Shown here: positions 9,961 to 19,227 of the stretch, piece by piece | How positions within the stretch are numbered: position 1 is the stretch's first letter | How the letters are laid out: the number at the start of each line of letters is the position of its first letter | NCBI GenBank assembly: GCA_963746155.1 | Contig: CAVVAB010000012.1 | Location: 364,450-428,449, forward strand | Origin: an uncultured Actinomycetes bacterium | GTDB taxonomy: Bacteria; Actinomycetota; Thermoleophilia; Gaiellales; Gaiellaceae | Length of the DNA stretch: 64,000 nucleotides | Reading direction: 5' to 3' | Program-made: the position numbers and the translations under genes | The notes under the pieces: generated by a model | What the model was told of the DNA's origin: nothing | The model's input: only the letters and a program-made list of their open reading frames with translations | Databases searched by the model: none

Positions 9961-11781
9961 TCAGGACGCCAGCGCAGCCGCCGGCTCTGCCGTCGGTGTG
10001 GCGTCGAGCCCCAGTTCCTCGGCAAGCGCGGCGACGATCTCCGGGTCGAACTGCGTTCCCGCGCAGCGCTCGAGCTCTCCGATCGCCTCCTCGGGCATCA
10101 CGCGTCGCCGGTAGATGCGCTCCGATGTCATCGCGTCGTAGGCGTCCGCGACGAAGATGATCCGGGCGCCGAGCGGGATCTCGTGTCCGACCAGGCCGTC
10201 CGGATACCCGGCTCCGTCCCAGCGCTCGTGGTGGTGCAGCACCCACTCGGCGACCGGGTCGACGCCCAGGCTCTCCAGCATGCGGAAGCCGATCTGAGGG
10301 TGCCGCTCGAGCACGATCCGCTCGGGCTCGGTCAGCGGGCCGGGCTTGCGCAGGATCTCCTCGGGGATCGCGAGCTTCCCGAGGTCGTGCAGGCTCGCGG
10401 CCAGCCGGGTCATCTCGACGTCCTGCTCGTCCAGCCCGAGCCGCCGCGCAGTGCGGGCTGCGAGCTCCGCCACGCGCTGGGAATGGCTTCCCGTGTAGAC
10501 GTCACGTGCGTCTACGGCGCGGGCGAGGCTCGCTGCCGCACGGAAGCGCGCCGCCCGATCAGGCCCCCCGGCGAGGCGCTTCAACTCGGCAAGCTCGATC
10601 ACGTCCGGCCGGTACGCGCGGACGCGGTTCTTGCCGTATTCCTTGGCCCAGTAGAGCGCGCTGTCCGCAAGGCGGATGAGCTCGTCGCGGTCGGACGCGT
10701 GCTGCGGCGAGATCGCGACGCCTGCGCTCACCGTGACCGAGCCGACCTGGTCGAGGTTCAGCGCGGCGATCCGCTCCACCACGGACGACGCCGCGGTCAT
10801 CGCGGCCGACTCGTCGAAGCCAGGAAGCAGAAGCGCGAACTCGTCCCCGCCGAGGCGAAACGCCTCGCCGGTCTGGCGCAGCCGCGAGGCGAGCTGCGAG
10901 AGCAGACGGTCGCCGGCCGGATGGCCGAACCGGTCGTTGATCCGCTTGAAGTCGTCGACGTCGACGAAGCAGAGCGTCAGCGGCAGCTGGCGCTCATTCG
11001 CGTCCTTGAGCTCGCGCTCGAGGCGCTCGTGGAAATGCCGGTGGTTCCCGAGGCCGGTGAGCGGGTCGGTCAGCGCGAGCCGCATCGCGCGCAGGGCCCG
11101 GACGATCGCACGCTGGTAGAGCTGGATCGCGAGGAGCGGCCCGACCAGGGCGACGGAAAGGAACGGCGAGCGCTGCCAGAGCACGACGAGCATCAGTGCC
11201 GCCGAGGCCATCAGCGAGAACGGCACGATCGTCCAGCGGACGTTCGTTCGGACGAGCGTGAAGAAGGATCGGTGCGAGCTGACCGCGATCACGGCCGTGA
11301 TGAGGATCAGGTTGACCGAGTACTGCGCGGAGGCCGCTGCGCCGACGCGTGCGAGCACGCCGGTGGCGCCTGTTTCGCTGTTGAGCGGCGCGGCCAGAGC
11401 GCCGGCGGCGGTCGCGGCGAGCGCGAGCACCGAGACGTTGTAGGCGACCCGGATCACGGGCCGGTGCTCGATCAGCTGCGTGATGGCCGGCGCGAGCACG
11501 ACCACGAGGAGGCCTGCCGCCCAGCCGAAGAGAACGATCGACGCGACGCCGAAGACGAACGAGAGCGAGACCCCGCCGGTGTCCGCGCCCTCGATCGGAA
11601 CCGGGAAGCGGTCGGCCAGCGTGGATGCGGCCAGCAGCGCCGCCAGCCCGACCAGCGTGCTCGTCTTGTGCGGCGTGGCCGCGAACGACACGAGAGCCGC
11701 AAGCGTCACCCCGAAGCCCGCCACGCACACGGGCAGGACGACCGCAAGCAGTCGCGGCGAGGGAGCGGCGGCCTTTGTCAA
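9961..11781 (-). CDS. polytopic membrane protein with GGDEF and HD-GYP domains (c-di-GMP synthesis/hydrolysis)
   Basis: Multiple N-terminal TM helices. GGDEF: LTGLGNHRHF..VDVDDFKRINDRFGH..RLGGDEFALLL. HD-GYP: SLHDLGK..HHERWDGAGYP..ADAYDAMTSER. The maximal ORF extends to 11931, but I place the start at the in-frame TTG at 11779-11781, just after the upstream small ORF. The start is uncertain. Confidence 0.8.
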   Translation of the reverse strand: MTKAAAPSPRLLAVVLPVCVAGFGVTLAALVSFAATPHKTSTLVGLAALLAASTLADRFPVPIEGADTGGVSLSFVFGVASIVLFGWAAGLLVVVLAPAITQLIEHRPVIRVAYNVSVLALAATAAGALAAPLNSETGATGVLARVGAAASAQYSVNLILITAVIAVSSHRSFFTLVRTNVRWTIVPFSLMASAALMLVVLWQRSPFLSVALVGPLLAIQLYQRAIVRALRAMRLALTDPLTGLGNHRHFHERLERELKDANERQLPLTLCFVDVDDFKRINDRFGHPAGDRLLSQLASRLRQTGEAFRLGGDEFALLLPGFDESAAMTAASSVVERIAALNLDQVGSVTVSAGVAISPQHASDRDELIRLADSALYWAKEYGKNRVRAYRPDVIELAELKRLAGGPDRAARFRAAASLARAVDARDVYTGSHSQRVAELAARTARRLGLDEQDVEMTRLAASLHDLGKLAIPEEILRKPGPLTEPERIVLERHPQIGFRMLESLGVDPVAEWVLHHHERWDGAGYPDGLVGHEIPLGARIIFVADAYDAMTSERIYRRRVMPEEAIGELERCAGTQFDPEIVAALAEELGLDATPTAEPAAALAS

Positions 11782-11789
11782 GTCGCTCC

Positions 11790-11924
11790 CTACCAGTAGA
11801 GGTTTCGGAGCGTGCTGCCGAGATCGTCGAGGCTGCCCATGTCGAGCTCGGCCCCGAGAACGGCGATCACGATCAGTGCGATGACGGCTGCGATTACCAC
11901 GAGCCGAGGACGCCACTGAAGCAT
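11790..11924 (-). CDS. 44-aa single-pass membrane peptide (hypothetical)
   Basis: MLQWRPRLVVIAAVIALIVIAVLGAELDMGSLDDLGSTLRNLYW. A strong SD (GGGGAGGTGGACG) sits immediately 5' of the ATG. The stop is 8 nt before the proposed start of the GGDEF/HD-GYP gene. Confidence 0.4.
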   Translation of the reverse strand: MLQWRPRLVVIAAVIALIVIAVLGAELDMGSLDDLGSTLRNLYW

Positions 11925-12030
11925 CGTCCACCTCCCCACAAAGCGAAACATGACGCCGCCGATTGTCGATTTCCTGCCTCGTCGCGGCAATCCCCCGGAA
12001 GGGTGAGTTGTGGCCTAGGACGAAGAAGGT

Positions 12031-13095
12031 CTAGGCCAGGCCGGCTTCGGCCAGCGGCCGGCGCGCCCAGGCGAAGGTCTGCCGATACCACCCGGTCATC
12101 GGCACAACGGCCACGCCCTGGCCCGACGAGTGGATCATCCAGTCGCTGCCAAGGTAGACGCCGGTGTGGCCGACCGTGCCGGGCTTCGAGCTCGGGCCCT
12201 TCGGCCCGAAGAAGACGACGTCTCCCGGCGCGAGCTTCGAGAACGAGATGCGCTTCGAGCGCGGAACCTCGCCGCTCATCTGGTAGGTCGTGCGGCCCTT
12301 GATCGTGGCGTTCAGCGCGGCGCCGCCCGTGTACGCCTGGAGCTTGAACACGCGCCAGACGAAGCCCGAGCAGTCGAAGCCGCCTCGGGCCTTGACGCTG
12401 AACGGCGTCTCGGCCTTCTCGCTGGTGCCGCCCCAGACATACGGGAAGCCGACGAAGCGAACGGCGGTGTTCAGAACGCGCGTCTGCCACGAGGTGAGCG
12501 TGGGAAGCACGAACGTCGAGACGGCGTCCTCGACGTACTGCTGCTCCCAGCCGCCGAAGCTCAGGATCTTCGCGACCGAGTACGCGGTCTCGGCGCGCGT
12601 GGCCGGGTCGCTCGGGCGCAGCTCGAGGTCGTCGACCTTCGCCGGATGGTTCGTGCGCAGGCCGAGCAGGCGCGTGACGGTCTCGGTGCCGAAGCGGGCG
12701 GGAACGCTGAGGCCGGCATCGCGGGCGCCGGCGAGGAACGCGTTGGCGGCGTCGACGAGGTCGATCGTCCTGACGAGGCGCGTGTCGAGCTGCGCGATCG
12801 TCACGCGCGCGGATGGGTTCGTCACGGCCTTCGCGGGCTGCTTCGTCAGGCCGGCCACGAGGGTCGAGAGCTCGCCCTGTGTGAGCGAGTCGTTCGGGCG
12901 GAACGCTGCGACGCTCTTCGCCATCAGCCCGTGGGAGACCACGACCTTGATCGAGGCCTGTGCCCAGGACTTCGAGGTCGTCTTGCTTTGGCGGGTCGTG
13001 CTCGCGCCGCCCGAGTCGCCGGCGGCGTTCGCGGCCAGCGCGGACGGCATGACCAGCAGGGCGAAGCAGACGGCGAGGGCGAGAAGGCGGCTCAT
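12031..13095 (-). CDS. secreted NlpC/P60 (C40) family cell-wall peptidase
   Basis: Signal peptide MSRLLALAVCFALLVMPSALA. C-terminal catalytic core ..PYVWGGTSE..GFDCSGFVWRVF..PGDVVFFG..VGHTGVYLG. Confidence 0.85.
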   Translation of the reverse strand: MSRLLALAVCFALLVMPSALAANAAGDSGGASTTRQSKTTSKSWAQASIKVVVSHGLMAKSVAAFRPNDSLTQGELSTLVAGLTKQPAKAVTNPSARVTIAQLDTRLVRTIDLVDAANAFLAGARDAGLSVPARFGTETVTRLLGLRTNHPAKVDDLELRPSDPATRAETAYSVAKILSFGGWEQQYVEDAVSTFVLPTLTSWQTRVLNTAVRFVGFPYVWGGTSEKAETPFSVKARGGFDCSGFVWRVFKLQAYTGGAALNATIKGRTTYQMSGEVPRSKRISFSKLAPGDVVFFGPKGPSSKPGTVGHTGVYLGSDWMIHSSGQGVAVVPMTGWYRQTFAWARRPLAEAGLA

Positions 13096-13151
13096 CCCAC
13101 GTTCGTATCGTCCTCCTGCGCGGGCCCCTTTAGTGCCCTACGCTGCGAGCC

Positions 13152-13310
13152 GTGGAAGCCGAGTTCAAGCCAGATCCGACTCCCGAGGAGCGCGCGGCGA
13201 TCCTCGCGGCTCTCGCCCGTCTGCTCTCCGGCGGTCCGCCTGCCTACCGCAGTGCCTGGCGGCAGCTGGGCGTCGAGGAGAACCTCGACCGACGACGGCT
13301 TAGAACCGGA
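13152..13310 (+). CDS. short ORF with weak resemblance to acyl-CoA carboxylase epsilon subunits. The 3' end is undefined as sequenced.
   Basis: (L)RAVEAEFKPDPTPEERAAILAALARLLSGGPPAYRSAWRQLGVEEN. The PTPEE-x-AA-x-LAAL motif recalls the ACC epsilon family. As sequenced, the ORF runs on antisense to pgsA, so a stop in another frame near 13300-13314 would need an indel. No clear SD. Confidence 0.2.
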
Positions 13311-13317
13311 GTAGCGG

Positions 13318-13863
13318 CTAGCGCGCGACGGCGCGGCCCCGCAGCAGACCGGGGGCGATCCGCGCGTAGTCGAGGCCGGAGGCCCAGGTCAGCACGAGCG
13401 CGACGAGCAGCGCCCACCACGCGACGCTGTCGCTCCAGGCGCCGGCCGCCGCGAAGCCGCCGATCGCTGCCGCGGTCGCCTGCGCCCAGGTCTTCAGCTT
13501 TCCGAGGTCGCGTGCCTCCATCACCACCCCTCGCTCGAGCGCCGCGAGGCGCAGGCCGGAGACGAGGAACTCGCGAGCGACGATCGCGGCGACCATCCAG
13601 CCCGGGAAGACGCCCTCGCCCACCAGCACGATCAGGACCGACATCACGAGCAGCTTGTCCGCGACCGGGTCGAGCAGGGAGCCGAAGGGCGAGGAGCGCC
13701 CGCGGCTGCGGGCGACGCGGCCGTCGAAGAAGTCGGTCGTCATGGCGACGATAAAGACGGCCGTCGCCCACCAGTCGTGGTTCGGGAAATTCCAGGCGTA
13801 GAGCAGGACGACGACGGGAGCCGCCGCCACCCGGGCGAGCGTGAGCTGGTCGGCCAGGCCCAT
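13318..13863 (-). CDS. pgsA: CDP-diacylglycerol--glycerol-3-phosphate 3-phosphatidyltransferase
   Basis: CDP-alcohol phosphatidyltransferase motif DFFDGRVARSRGRSSPFGSLLDPVADK. Multi-TM, 181 aa. Confidence 0.9.
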   Translation of the reverse strand: MGLADQLTLARVAAAPVVVLLYAWNFPNHDWWATAVFIVAMTTDFFDGRVARSRGRSSPFGSLLDPVADKLLVMSVLIVLVGEGVFPGWMVAAIVAREFLVSGLRLAALERGVVMEARDLGKLKTWAQATAAAIGGFAAAGAWSDSVAWWALLVALVLTWASGLDYARIAPGLLRGRAVAR

Positions 13864-13883
13864 GCGCAGAGAGAATACGGGCC

Positions 13884-15650
13884 GTGAAGCTGTTCTCGAA
13901 GATCCTGGTCGCGAACCGCGGCGAGATCGCCGTTCGCATCTTCCGGACGCTGCGCGAGCTCGGGATTGGCGCCGTGGCCGTCTACTCCGAGGCAGATCGG
14001 GGCTCTCTGCACGTGTCCGCAGCCGACGAGGCGTACCTGATCGGGCCCGGGCCGGCCGCCGAGAGCTACCTCGATCCGGAGCGGATCCTCGACGCAGCCA
14101 CGCGCTCCGGAGCCGAGGCGATCCATCCCGGCTACGGGTTTCTCGCCGAGAACGCGTCGTTCGCCCGCGCCGTCTCGCGCGCCGGCCTCGTCTGGATCGG
14201 TCCGCCCGGGGACGCGATCGAGACGATGGGCTCGAAGACCGCCGCGCGCCAGCACATGCAGGCGGCCGGAGTCCCCGTGGTTCCCGGGACGACCGCGCCG
14301 GTGACGTCGCCGGATGAGGTGATCCGGCTCGGCGACGAGCTCGGTTGGCCGCTCGCGATCAAGGCCGCCGCGGGCGGCGGAGGCAAGGGGTTCAAGGTCG
14401 TCGAGGGGCCCGATGAGGCCGAGCGCGCCCTCGAGTCGGCTCGCCGCGAAGGCGAGGCGTACTTCTCCGATCCGGCGGTGTACGTCGAGAAGTACCTCGA
14501 GGATCCCCGCCACGTCGAGGTGCAGATCCTTGCCGACACGCACGGGAACGTGATCCATCTCGGCGAGCGCGACTGCACGATCCAGCGTCGTCACCAGAAG
14601 TTGGTCGAGGAGACTCCGTCGCCGGCGGTCGACGACGAGCTCCGCGAGCGGATCGGGCAGATCGCGGTCGAGGCCGCCCGGGCCGTTCGCTACCGGAGCG
14701 CGGGCACCATCGAGGGCCTGCTCTCCCGCGACGGCGAGTACTTCTTCCTCGAGATGAACACCCGCATCCAGGTCGAGCACACTGTCACCGAGGTCGCGAC
14801 CGGCCTCGATCTCGTCCGGGAGCAGGTTCTGATCGCGGCCGGAGAGCCGCTATGGCTGCGCCAGGAGGACGTCCGGCTGACCGGCCACGCAATCGAGTGC
14901 CGGATCAACGCCGAGGACCCGTCCAACGGCTTCCTGCCGAGCCCGGGGCGGATCTCGAGCTACCGCGAGCCGGCCGGCCCTGGCGTGAGAGTCGATTCGG
15001 GGGTCGCCGCGGGCTCGGAGGTCCCGGCGCTGTACGACCCGCTGATCTCCAAGCTGATCGTTCACGGTGTCGACCGCGAGCACGCACGCAGGCGGATGCT
15101 CCGCGCGCTCGACGAGTACGAGATCGGCGGGATCACGACGCTGCTGGGCTTCCACCGGGCCCTGCTCAGGCGCCCGTGCTTCGTCTCGGGAGAGACGTGC
15201 CACGGGGTCGTCGAGTCGCAGGAGCTGGCGGACGAAGCAAAAGAGTTTACTCATCTGACAACAACGGTACCTGCGGCCTCGGACGGCAAGGTCAGAGAGC
15301 GCGTCTCGACGATCGAGCTCGACGGGCGGCGTTTCGAGGTCAAGGCGCTCGTGCCCGAGCCTCCACACGCCGAGCTCGCGCGCCGAAGGCGAGAGCGCGT
15401 CGCCAAGCACGCTCTCACTGCCGCGAAGGACGCGGTGGTCACGCCGATGCAGGGCACGGTCCTCACGGTCGAGGTCGCAGAGGGCGACGAGGTCGAGGCT
15501 GGCCAGGTGATCTGCGTCGTCGCCGCGATGAAGATGGAGAACGAGATCACGGCGCCCCGCGCGGGAACGGTCACCGAGCTGTCGGTCGCCCCCGGCCAGG
15601 CGGTCACGACCGGCCAGGTCGTGTGCGTCGTCGCTCAGGCCGCGGACTGA
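13884..15650 (+). CDS. acetyl/propionyl-CoA carboxylase alpha subunit (biotin carboxylase plus biotin carboxyl carrier domain)
   Basis: MKLFSKILVANRGEIAVRIFRT.., ATP-grasp core, C-terminal biotinylation motif AMKMENEI. 588 aa, uninterrupted. Confidence 0.95.
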   Translation: MKLFSKILVANRGEIAVRIFRTLRELGIGAVAVYSEADRGSLHVSAADEAYLIGPGPAAESYLDPERILDAATRSGAEAIHPGYGFLAENASFARAVSRAGLVWIGPPGDAIETMGSKTAARQHMQAAGVPVVPGTTAPVTSPDEVIRLGDELGWPLAIKAAAGGGGKGFKVVEGPDEAERALESARREGEAYFSDPAVYVEKYLEDPRHVEVQILADTHGNVIHLGERDCTIQRRHQKLVEETPSPAVDDELRERIGQIAVEAARAVRYRSAGTIEGLLSRDGEYFFLEMNTRIQVEHTVTEVATGLDLVREQVLIAAGEPLWLRQEDVRLTGHAIECRINAEDPSNGFLPSPGRISSYREPAGPGVRVDSGVAAGSEVPALYDPLISKLIVHGVDREHARRRMLRALDEYEIGGITTLLGFHRALLRRPCFVSGETCHGVVESQELADEAKEFTHLTTTVPAASDGKVRERVSTIELDGRRFEVKALVPEPPHAELARRRRERVAKHALTAAKDAVVTPMQGTVLTVEVAEGDEVEAGQVICVVAAMKMENEITAPRAGTVTELSVAPGQAVTTGQVVCVVAQAAD

Positions 15651-15656
15651 CCGCGA

Positions 15657-16436
15657 CTACAGCTGACGCTGGTAGACCCGGAACGTCCAGGTCGCGAAGG
15701 CCGCCGTCGCGACCGTCAGCCCGGCGAGCAGCCCCAGGTGGACGCCGACAGAGCTCCAGTCGGTCGCGGGCAGCACGACTCCCCGCGAGGCGACGACGCC
15801 CCAGTTGACCGGATTGAACTTCCCGAGCTGCTGCATCCACGACGGCATCTGCTTGAACGCGATCAGCGTCGACGAGAGGAAGAAGAGCGGAAGCCCGATG
15901 AAGTTCGCGATTGCGATCATCGTCGCCTCCTTCCGCGTCAGCAGCGCGAGCCCCTGGGAGATCCCGGCGAAGGCGCTGTTCATCAGCATCGCCGCCAGCA
16001 GCACCACTCCCCAGCCGAGAGCGCCGGCGTGGACGCGCACTCCGAGCCCGAGCGCGACGACCAGGATCACGATCCCCTGGATCAGCGCCGTTAGCGCCGA
16101 GCGCACGATCTGCGAGACGACCAGCGAGACGCGGCTCACCGGGGTCGCGAGGAAGCGCGGGATCACGTCGCGGTCGAGGTCGCTGACCATCGCCATCCCG
16201 CTCCAGGTCGCGCCGAAGAACGCATTCATGATCACGATCGCGGGCGCGAGGAACGTGATGTACGACGTCGTCCCGAAGCCGCCGCCGGGCAGGTGCGTGA
16301 CGCGCTTGAAGAGCTGCCCGTAGAGGAGCAGCCAGATCATCGGTTGGACGAGCAGGAGCACGATCCAGATCGGCTCGCGCATCAGGTTTCGCGCCTGGCG
16401 CCCGACCATGTACCACGTGTGGACGACCGCCTTCAC
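15657..16436 (-). CDS. ABC-2 type transporter permease (DrrB-like)
   Basis: Six predicted TM segments. 4-nt overlap with the upstream ATPase gene. Confidence 0.85.
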   Translation of the reverse strand: MKAVVHTWYMVGRQARNLMREPIWIVLLLVQPMIWLLLYGQLFKRVTHLPGGGFGTTSYITFLAPAIVIMNAFFGATWSGMAMVSDLDRDVIPRFLATPVSRVSLVVSQIVRSALTALIQGIVILVVALGLGVRVHAGALGWGVVLLAAMLMNSAFAGISQGLALLTRKEATMIAIANFIGLPLFFLSSTLIAFKQMPSWMQQLGKFNPVNWGVVASRGVVLPATDWSSVGVHLGLLAGLTVATAAFATWTFRVYQRQL

Positions 16437-17404
16437 TCGCTCTCCTCGAGGCCGCCTGCCTCGTCCTCGGAGCGGAAATCGCGGCCGGTGTAGTGGAGGT
16501 AGACGTCGTCGAGCGACGGCCGGTGCATCGTGACCGCCTCGACCGCGATCCCATTCGAATCGAGCGCGGCCAGGATCGGCGGCACTGCTCGGGCGCCGTC
16601 GGTCACGCGGCTGCGGAGGAGCTTGCCGTCGGCGCTCACGTCGCCGACCTCGTCGAGCGCGCGCAGGACAGCAACGGCGTCATCGACCGCGCCGTCGGAG
16701 AGCTCGACCACGACGGCCTCGCCCTGCATGCTCTCCTTCAGCTCCTCGGCGGTGCCCTCGACGATCACACGGCCCCGGCTGACAATCGCGAGCCGGTCGG
16801 TGAGGACGTCCGCCTCCTCGAGGTAGTGCGTGGTCAGGAGGATGGTGAGCAGCTCCTCGCGGGCGAGAACGGCGAGCTCGTCCCACATCGCGGCACGTGC
16901 CTCGGGGTCGAGCCCGGTCGTCGGTTCGTCGAGAAACAGCACCTGCGGCCCGTGGACAAGCCCGAGCCCGACGTCGAGACGGCGCTTCATCCCGCCCGAG
17001 TAGCCGCGCACGACGCGGTCGGCCGCGTCCGCGAGGCCGAGCTGCTCGAGCAGATGCTGGACGCGCGCGCGCAGCTTCTTCCCGGACATGCCCTGCACGC
17101 GACCCTGCAGCATCAGATTCTCGCGTCCGGTCGCATCGCGGTCGACGCCGGAGCTCTGCGGCACGTAGCCGATCGCGCGGCGCACCGCGTCGGGCGCGCG
17201 CACCACATCGTGCCCCGCGACCTCGGCGCGCCCGGCGTCGAGAGTCGTCAGCGTCGTCAGCACCTTGACGGTCGTGGACTTGCCCGCTCCGTTTGGGCCG
17301 AGCAGCCCGAACACCTCTCCGGCGCGCACGCGAAACGAGACGCCGTCGAGCGCCTGCACCTCCTTGTACCGCTTCTGGAGCCCGTCGACGACGATCGCGT
17401 CCAC
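16433..17404 (-). CDS. ABC transporter ATP-binding protein (DrrA/daunorubicin-resistance-like)
   Basis: Walker A GPNGAGKST, signature YSGGMKRRL, Walker B LFLDEPTTGLD. Confidence 0.9.
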   Translation of the reverse strand: MDAIVVDGLQKRYKEVQALDGVSFRVRAGEVFGLLGPNGAGKSTTVKVLTTLTTLDAGRAEVAGHDVVRAPDAVRRAIGYVPQSSGVDRDATGRENLMLQGRVQGMSGKKLRARVQHLLEQLGLADAADRVVRGYSGGMKRRLDVGLGLVHGPQVLFLDEPTTGLDPEARAAMWDELAVLAREELLTILLTTHYLEEADVLTDRLAIVSRGRVIVEGTAEELKESMQGEAVVVELSDGAVDDAVAVLRALDEVGDVSADGKLLRSRVTDGARAVPPILAALDSNGIAVEAVTMHRPSLDDVYLHYTGRDFRSEDEAGGLEESE

Positions 17405-17439
17405 GGGCGCTGAGACTACCTCGCTAGACTCGCGCGCCG

Positions 17440-18588
17440 GTGGACCTCTACGAGCATCAGGGCAAGGAGCTTTTCGGGCGCTTCGGGATTCCCGTCTCGG
17501 AGGGCCGGATCGCGACCACGCCCGCCGAGGCGCGCGCGGCGGCCGAGGAGATCGGCGGTCAGGTTGTGGTCAAGGCGCAGGTGTTGACCGGCGGTCGCGG
17601 GAAGGCGGGCGGAATCAAGCTCGCCGCGGATCCGGACGAGGCCGAGGGAAACGCCGAGCAGATCCTCGGGCTCGACATCAACGGCCACGTCGTGCGCAAG
17701 CTCTGGATCGAGCGCGCCTCGGGCATCGCGAAGGAGTACTACCTCTCCGTCACGTTCGACCGCGGGGAGAAGAAGTCGCTCTTCATGCTCACGACGGAGG
17801 GCGGGATCGAGATCGAGGAGGTCGCCGCCAAGACTCCGGATGCGCTGGCGCGGCTCCACGTGAGCCCGCTCGAGGGGTTCCAGCCGTACCAGGCCCGCCG
17901 CCTGATCTACGGCGCGGGAATCGACGATCCGAGCGAGCAGAAGCAGGTCGCGGCGATCGTCGAGAAGCTCTACCGCTGCTTCGTCGAGACCGACGCGCTG
18001 CTCTGCGAGATCAACCCGCTGATCGTGACCCCGGACGGCGAGGTGCGCGCGCTCGACTCGAAGTTCACGGTCGACGACAACGCGCTCTACAGGCACCCGG
18101 ACATCGCGGAGATGCGAGACCCGGGCGCGTACCCGCCCGAGGAGCGCGCTGCACGCGAAAAGGGCGTTACGTACGTCAAGCTCGACGGCGACGTCGGCAT
18201 CCTCGGGAACGGCGCCGGGCTCGTCATGTCCACCCTGGACGTGATCGCTCTCGTCGGCGGCCGGCCCGCGAACTTCTGCGACCTCGGCGGCGGCGGTGAC
18301 GCTGAAGGCGTCGTGGACGCGCTCGAGGTGATCACGGCCGACCCTCAGGTGCGCTCGATCCTGTTCAACATCTTCGCCGGGATCACGCGCTGTGACGAGG
18401 TGGCGCGCGGGATCCTGCAGGCGCTGTCGCGGATCACGATCGAGCACCCGATCGTCGTCCGCTTCGACGGCACGAACGCCGAGGAGGGGCGCGCGATCCT
18501 CGCGGAGGCTGCGCCGCCGAACCTGACCGTGGAGCCGACGATGCTCGACGCCGCCCGCCGCGCGGTCGAGCTCGCGGAGATCGCATGA
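17440..18588 (+). CDS. sucC: succinyl-CoA ligase (ADP-forming) beta subunit
   Basis: (V)DLYEHQGKELFGRFGIPV..VVVKAQVLTGGRGKAGGIK..NIFAGITRCDEVA. GTG start. Confidence 0.95.
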   Translation: MDLYEHQGKELFGRFGIPVSEGRIATTPAEARAAAEEIGGQVVVKAQVLTGGRGKAGGIKLAADPDEAEGNAEQILGLDINGHVVRKLWIERASGIAKEYYLSVTFDRGEKKSLFMLTTEGGIEIEEVAAKTPDALARLHVSPLEGFQPYQARRLIYGAGIDDPSEQKQVAAIVEKLYRCFVETDALLCEINPLIVTPDGEVRALDSKFTVDDNALYRHPDIAEMRDPGAYPPEERAAREKGVTYVKLDGDVGILGNGAGLVMSTLDVIALVGGRPANFCDLGGGGDAEGVVDALEVITADPQVRSILFNIFAGITRCDEVARGILQALSRITIEHPIVVRFDGTNAEEGRAILAEAAPPNLTVEPTMLDAARRAVELAEIA

Positions 18589-19227
18589 GCCAGGACGTCT
18601 GGTCGGAGCGGGCGGAGTCATACCGCGAGAGCGAGGCGCACCGGCAGGGGCGCGATCTCGAGCTGTTTGCAGAGTGGGCGGCCGGGAGGACCGTTCTCGA
18701 CGTCGCGACCGGCGGCGGCCACGTCGCCAGGCGCCTGCGCGAAGCCGGCTGCCAGGTCGTGACCTGCGACCCCGCACCCGGGATGCGGCCGGACGTGATC
18801 TGCCGCGCGGAGGATCTCCCGTTCGCAGACGGCAGCTTCGGCGCCGTCGCCTGCCGCGTCGCCGCCCACCATTTCGAGGATCCAGCCGCCGCGGTGGGCG
18901 AGTTCGCCCGCGCTGACGAGCGATCTCGTGCTCGTTGCCGACAACCTCTTCCTCGGGGACGCCGGCGAGGAGGCCGACCGCCTGCGTGACCCAACGCACG
19001 TGCGCAACTACTCGGAGGACGAGTGGCGCGCGATGTTCGCCGGAGCCGGGCTCGAGGTCGAGGCCTTCGAGCGCGAGGAGAAGCGGATCGAGCTCGAGCC
19101 GTGGCTCGAGCGGGCCGGCTGTGTCGGCGAGGAGGCTGCGCGTGTCCGCGAGCTGCTCGCGGACCGGATCGCGGACGGCCGGGTCCGGGTCGACCGCGGC
19201 ATCTTCGAGGCAAGGAAGGCGAGCTAG
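18585..19227 (+). pseudogene. class I SAM-dependent methyltransferase inserted between sucC and sucD, frame break near 18908
   Basis: Motif I VLDVATGGGHVA, and DGSFGAVACRVAAHHF. ORF 18585 (..EFA) continues as ALTSDLVLVADNLFLGDAGEEADRLRDPTHVRNYSEDEW.. in ORF 18928-19227. The junction gcCCCgc looks like an extra c. The ATG overlaps the sucC TGA, and the TAG overlaps the sucD GTG. Confidence 0.7.

Noticed and set aside
8044-11799. A 1251-aa ORF, the longest in the track
   Set aside because: It is a mosaic. The first ~125 codons are the real 5' part of pccB. The rest is out-of-frame pccB and then antisense to the GGDEF/HD-GYP gene, with Arg/Ala/Gly/Pro-rich nonsense typical of stop-poor frames in ~70% GC DNA.
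13096-13317. A c-di-AMP (ydaO-type) riboswitch upstream of the NlpC/P60 hydrolase gene, as in many actinobacteria
   Set aside because: The leader lacks the characteristic conserved ACGGGGA / CCCGA / CCGAA-type elements as far as I can judge by eye. Only a covariance-model search could decide.
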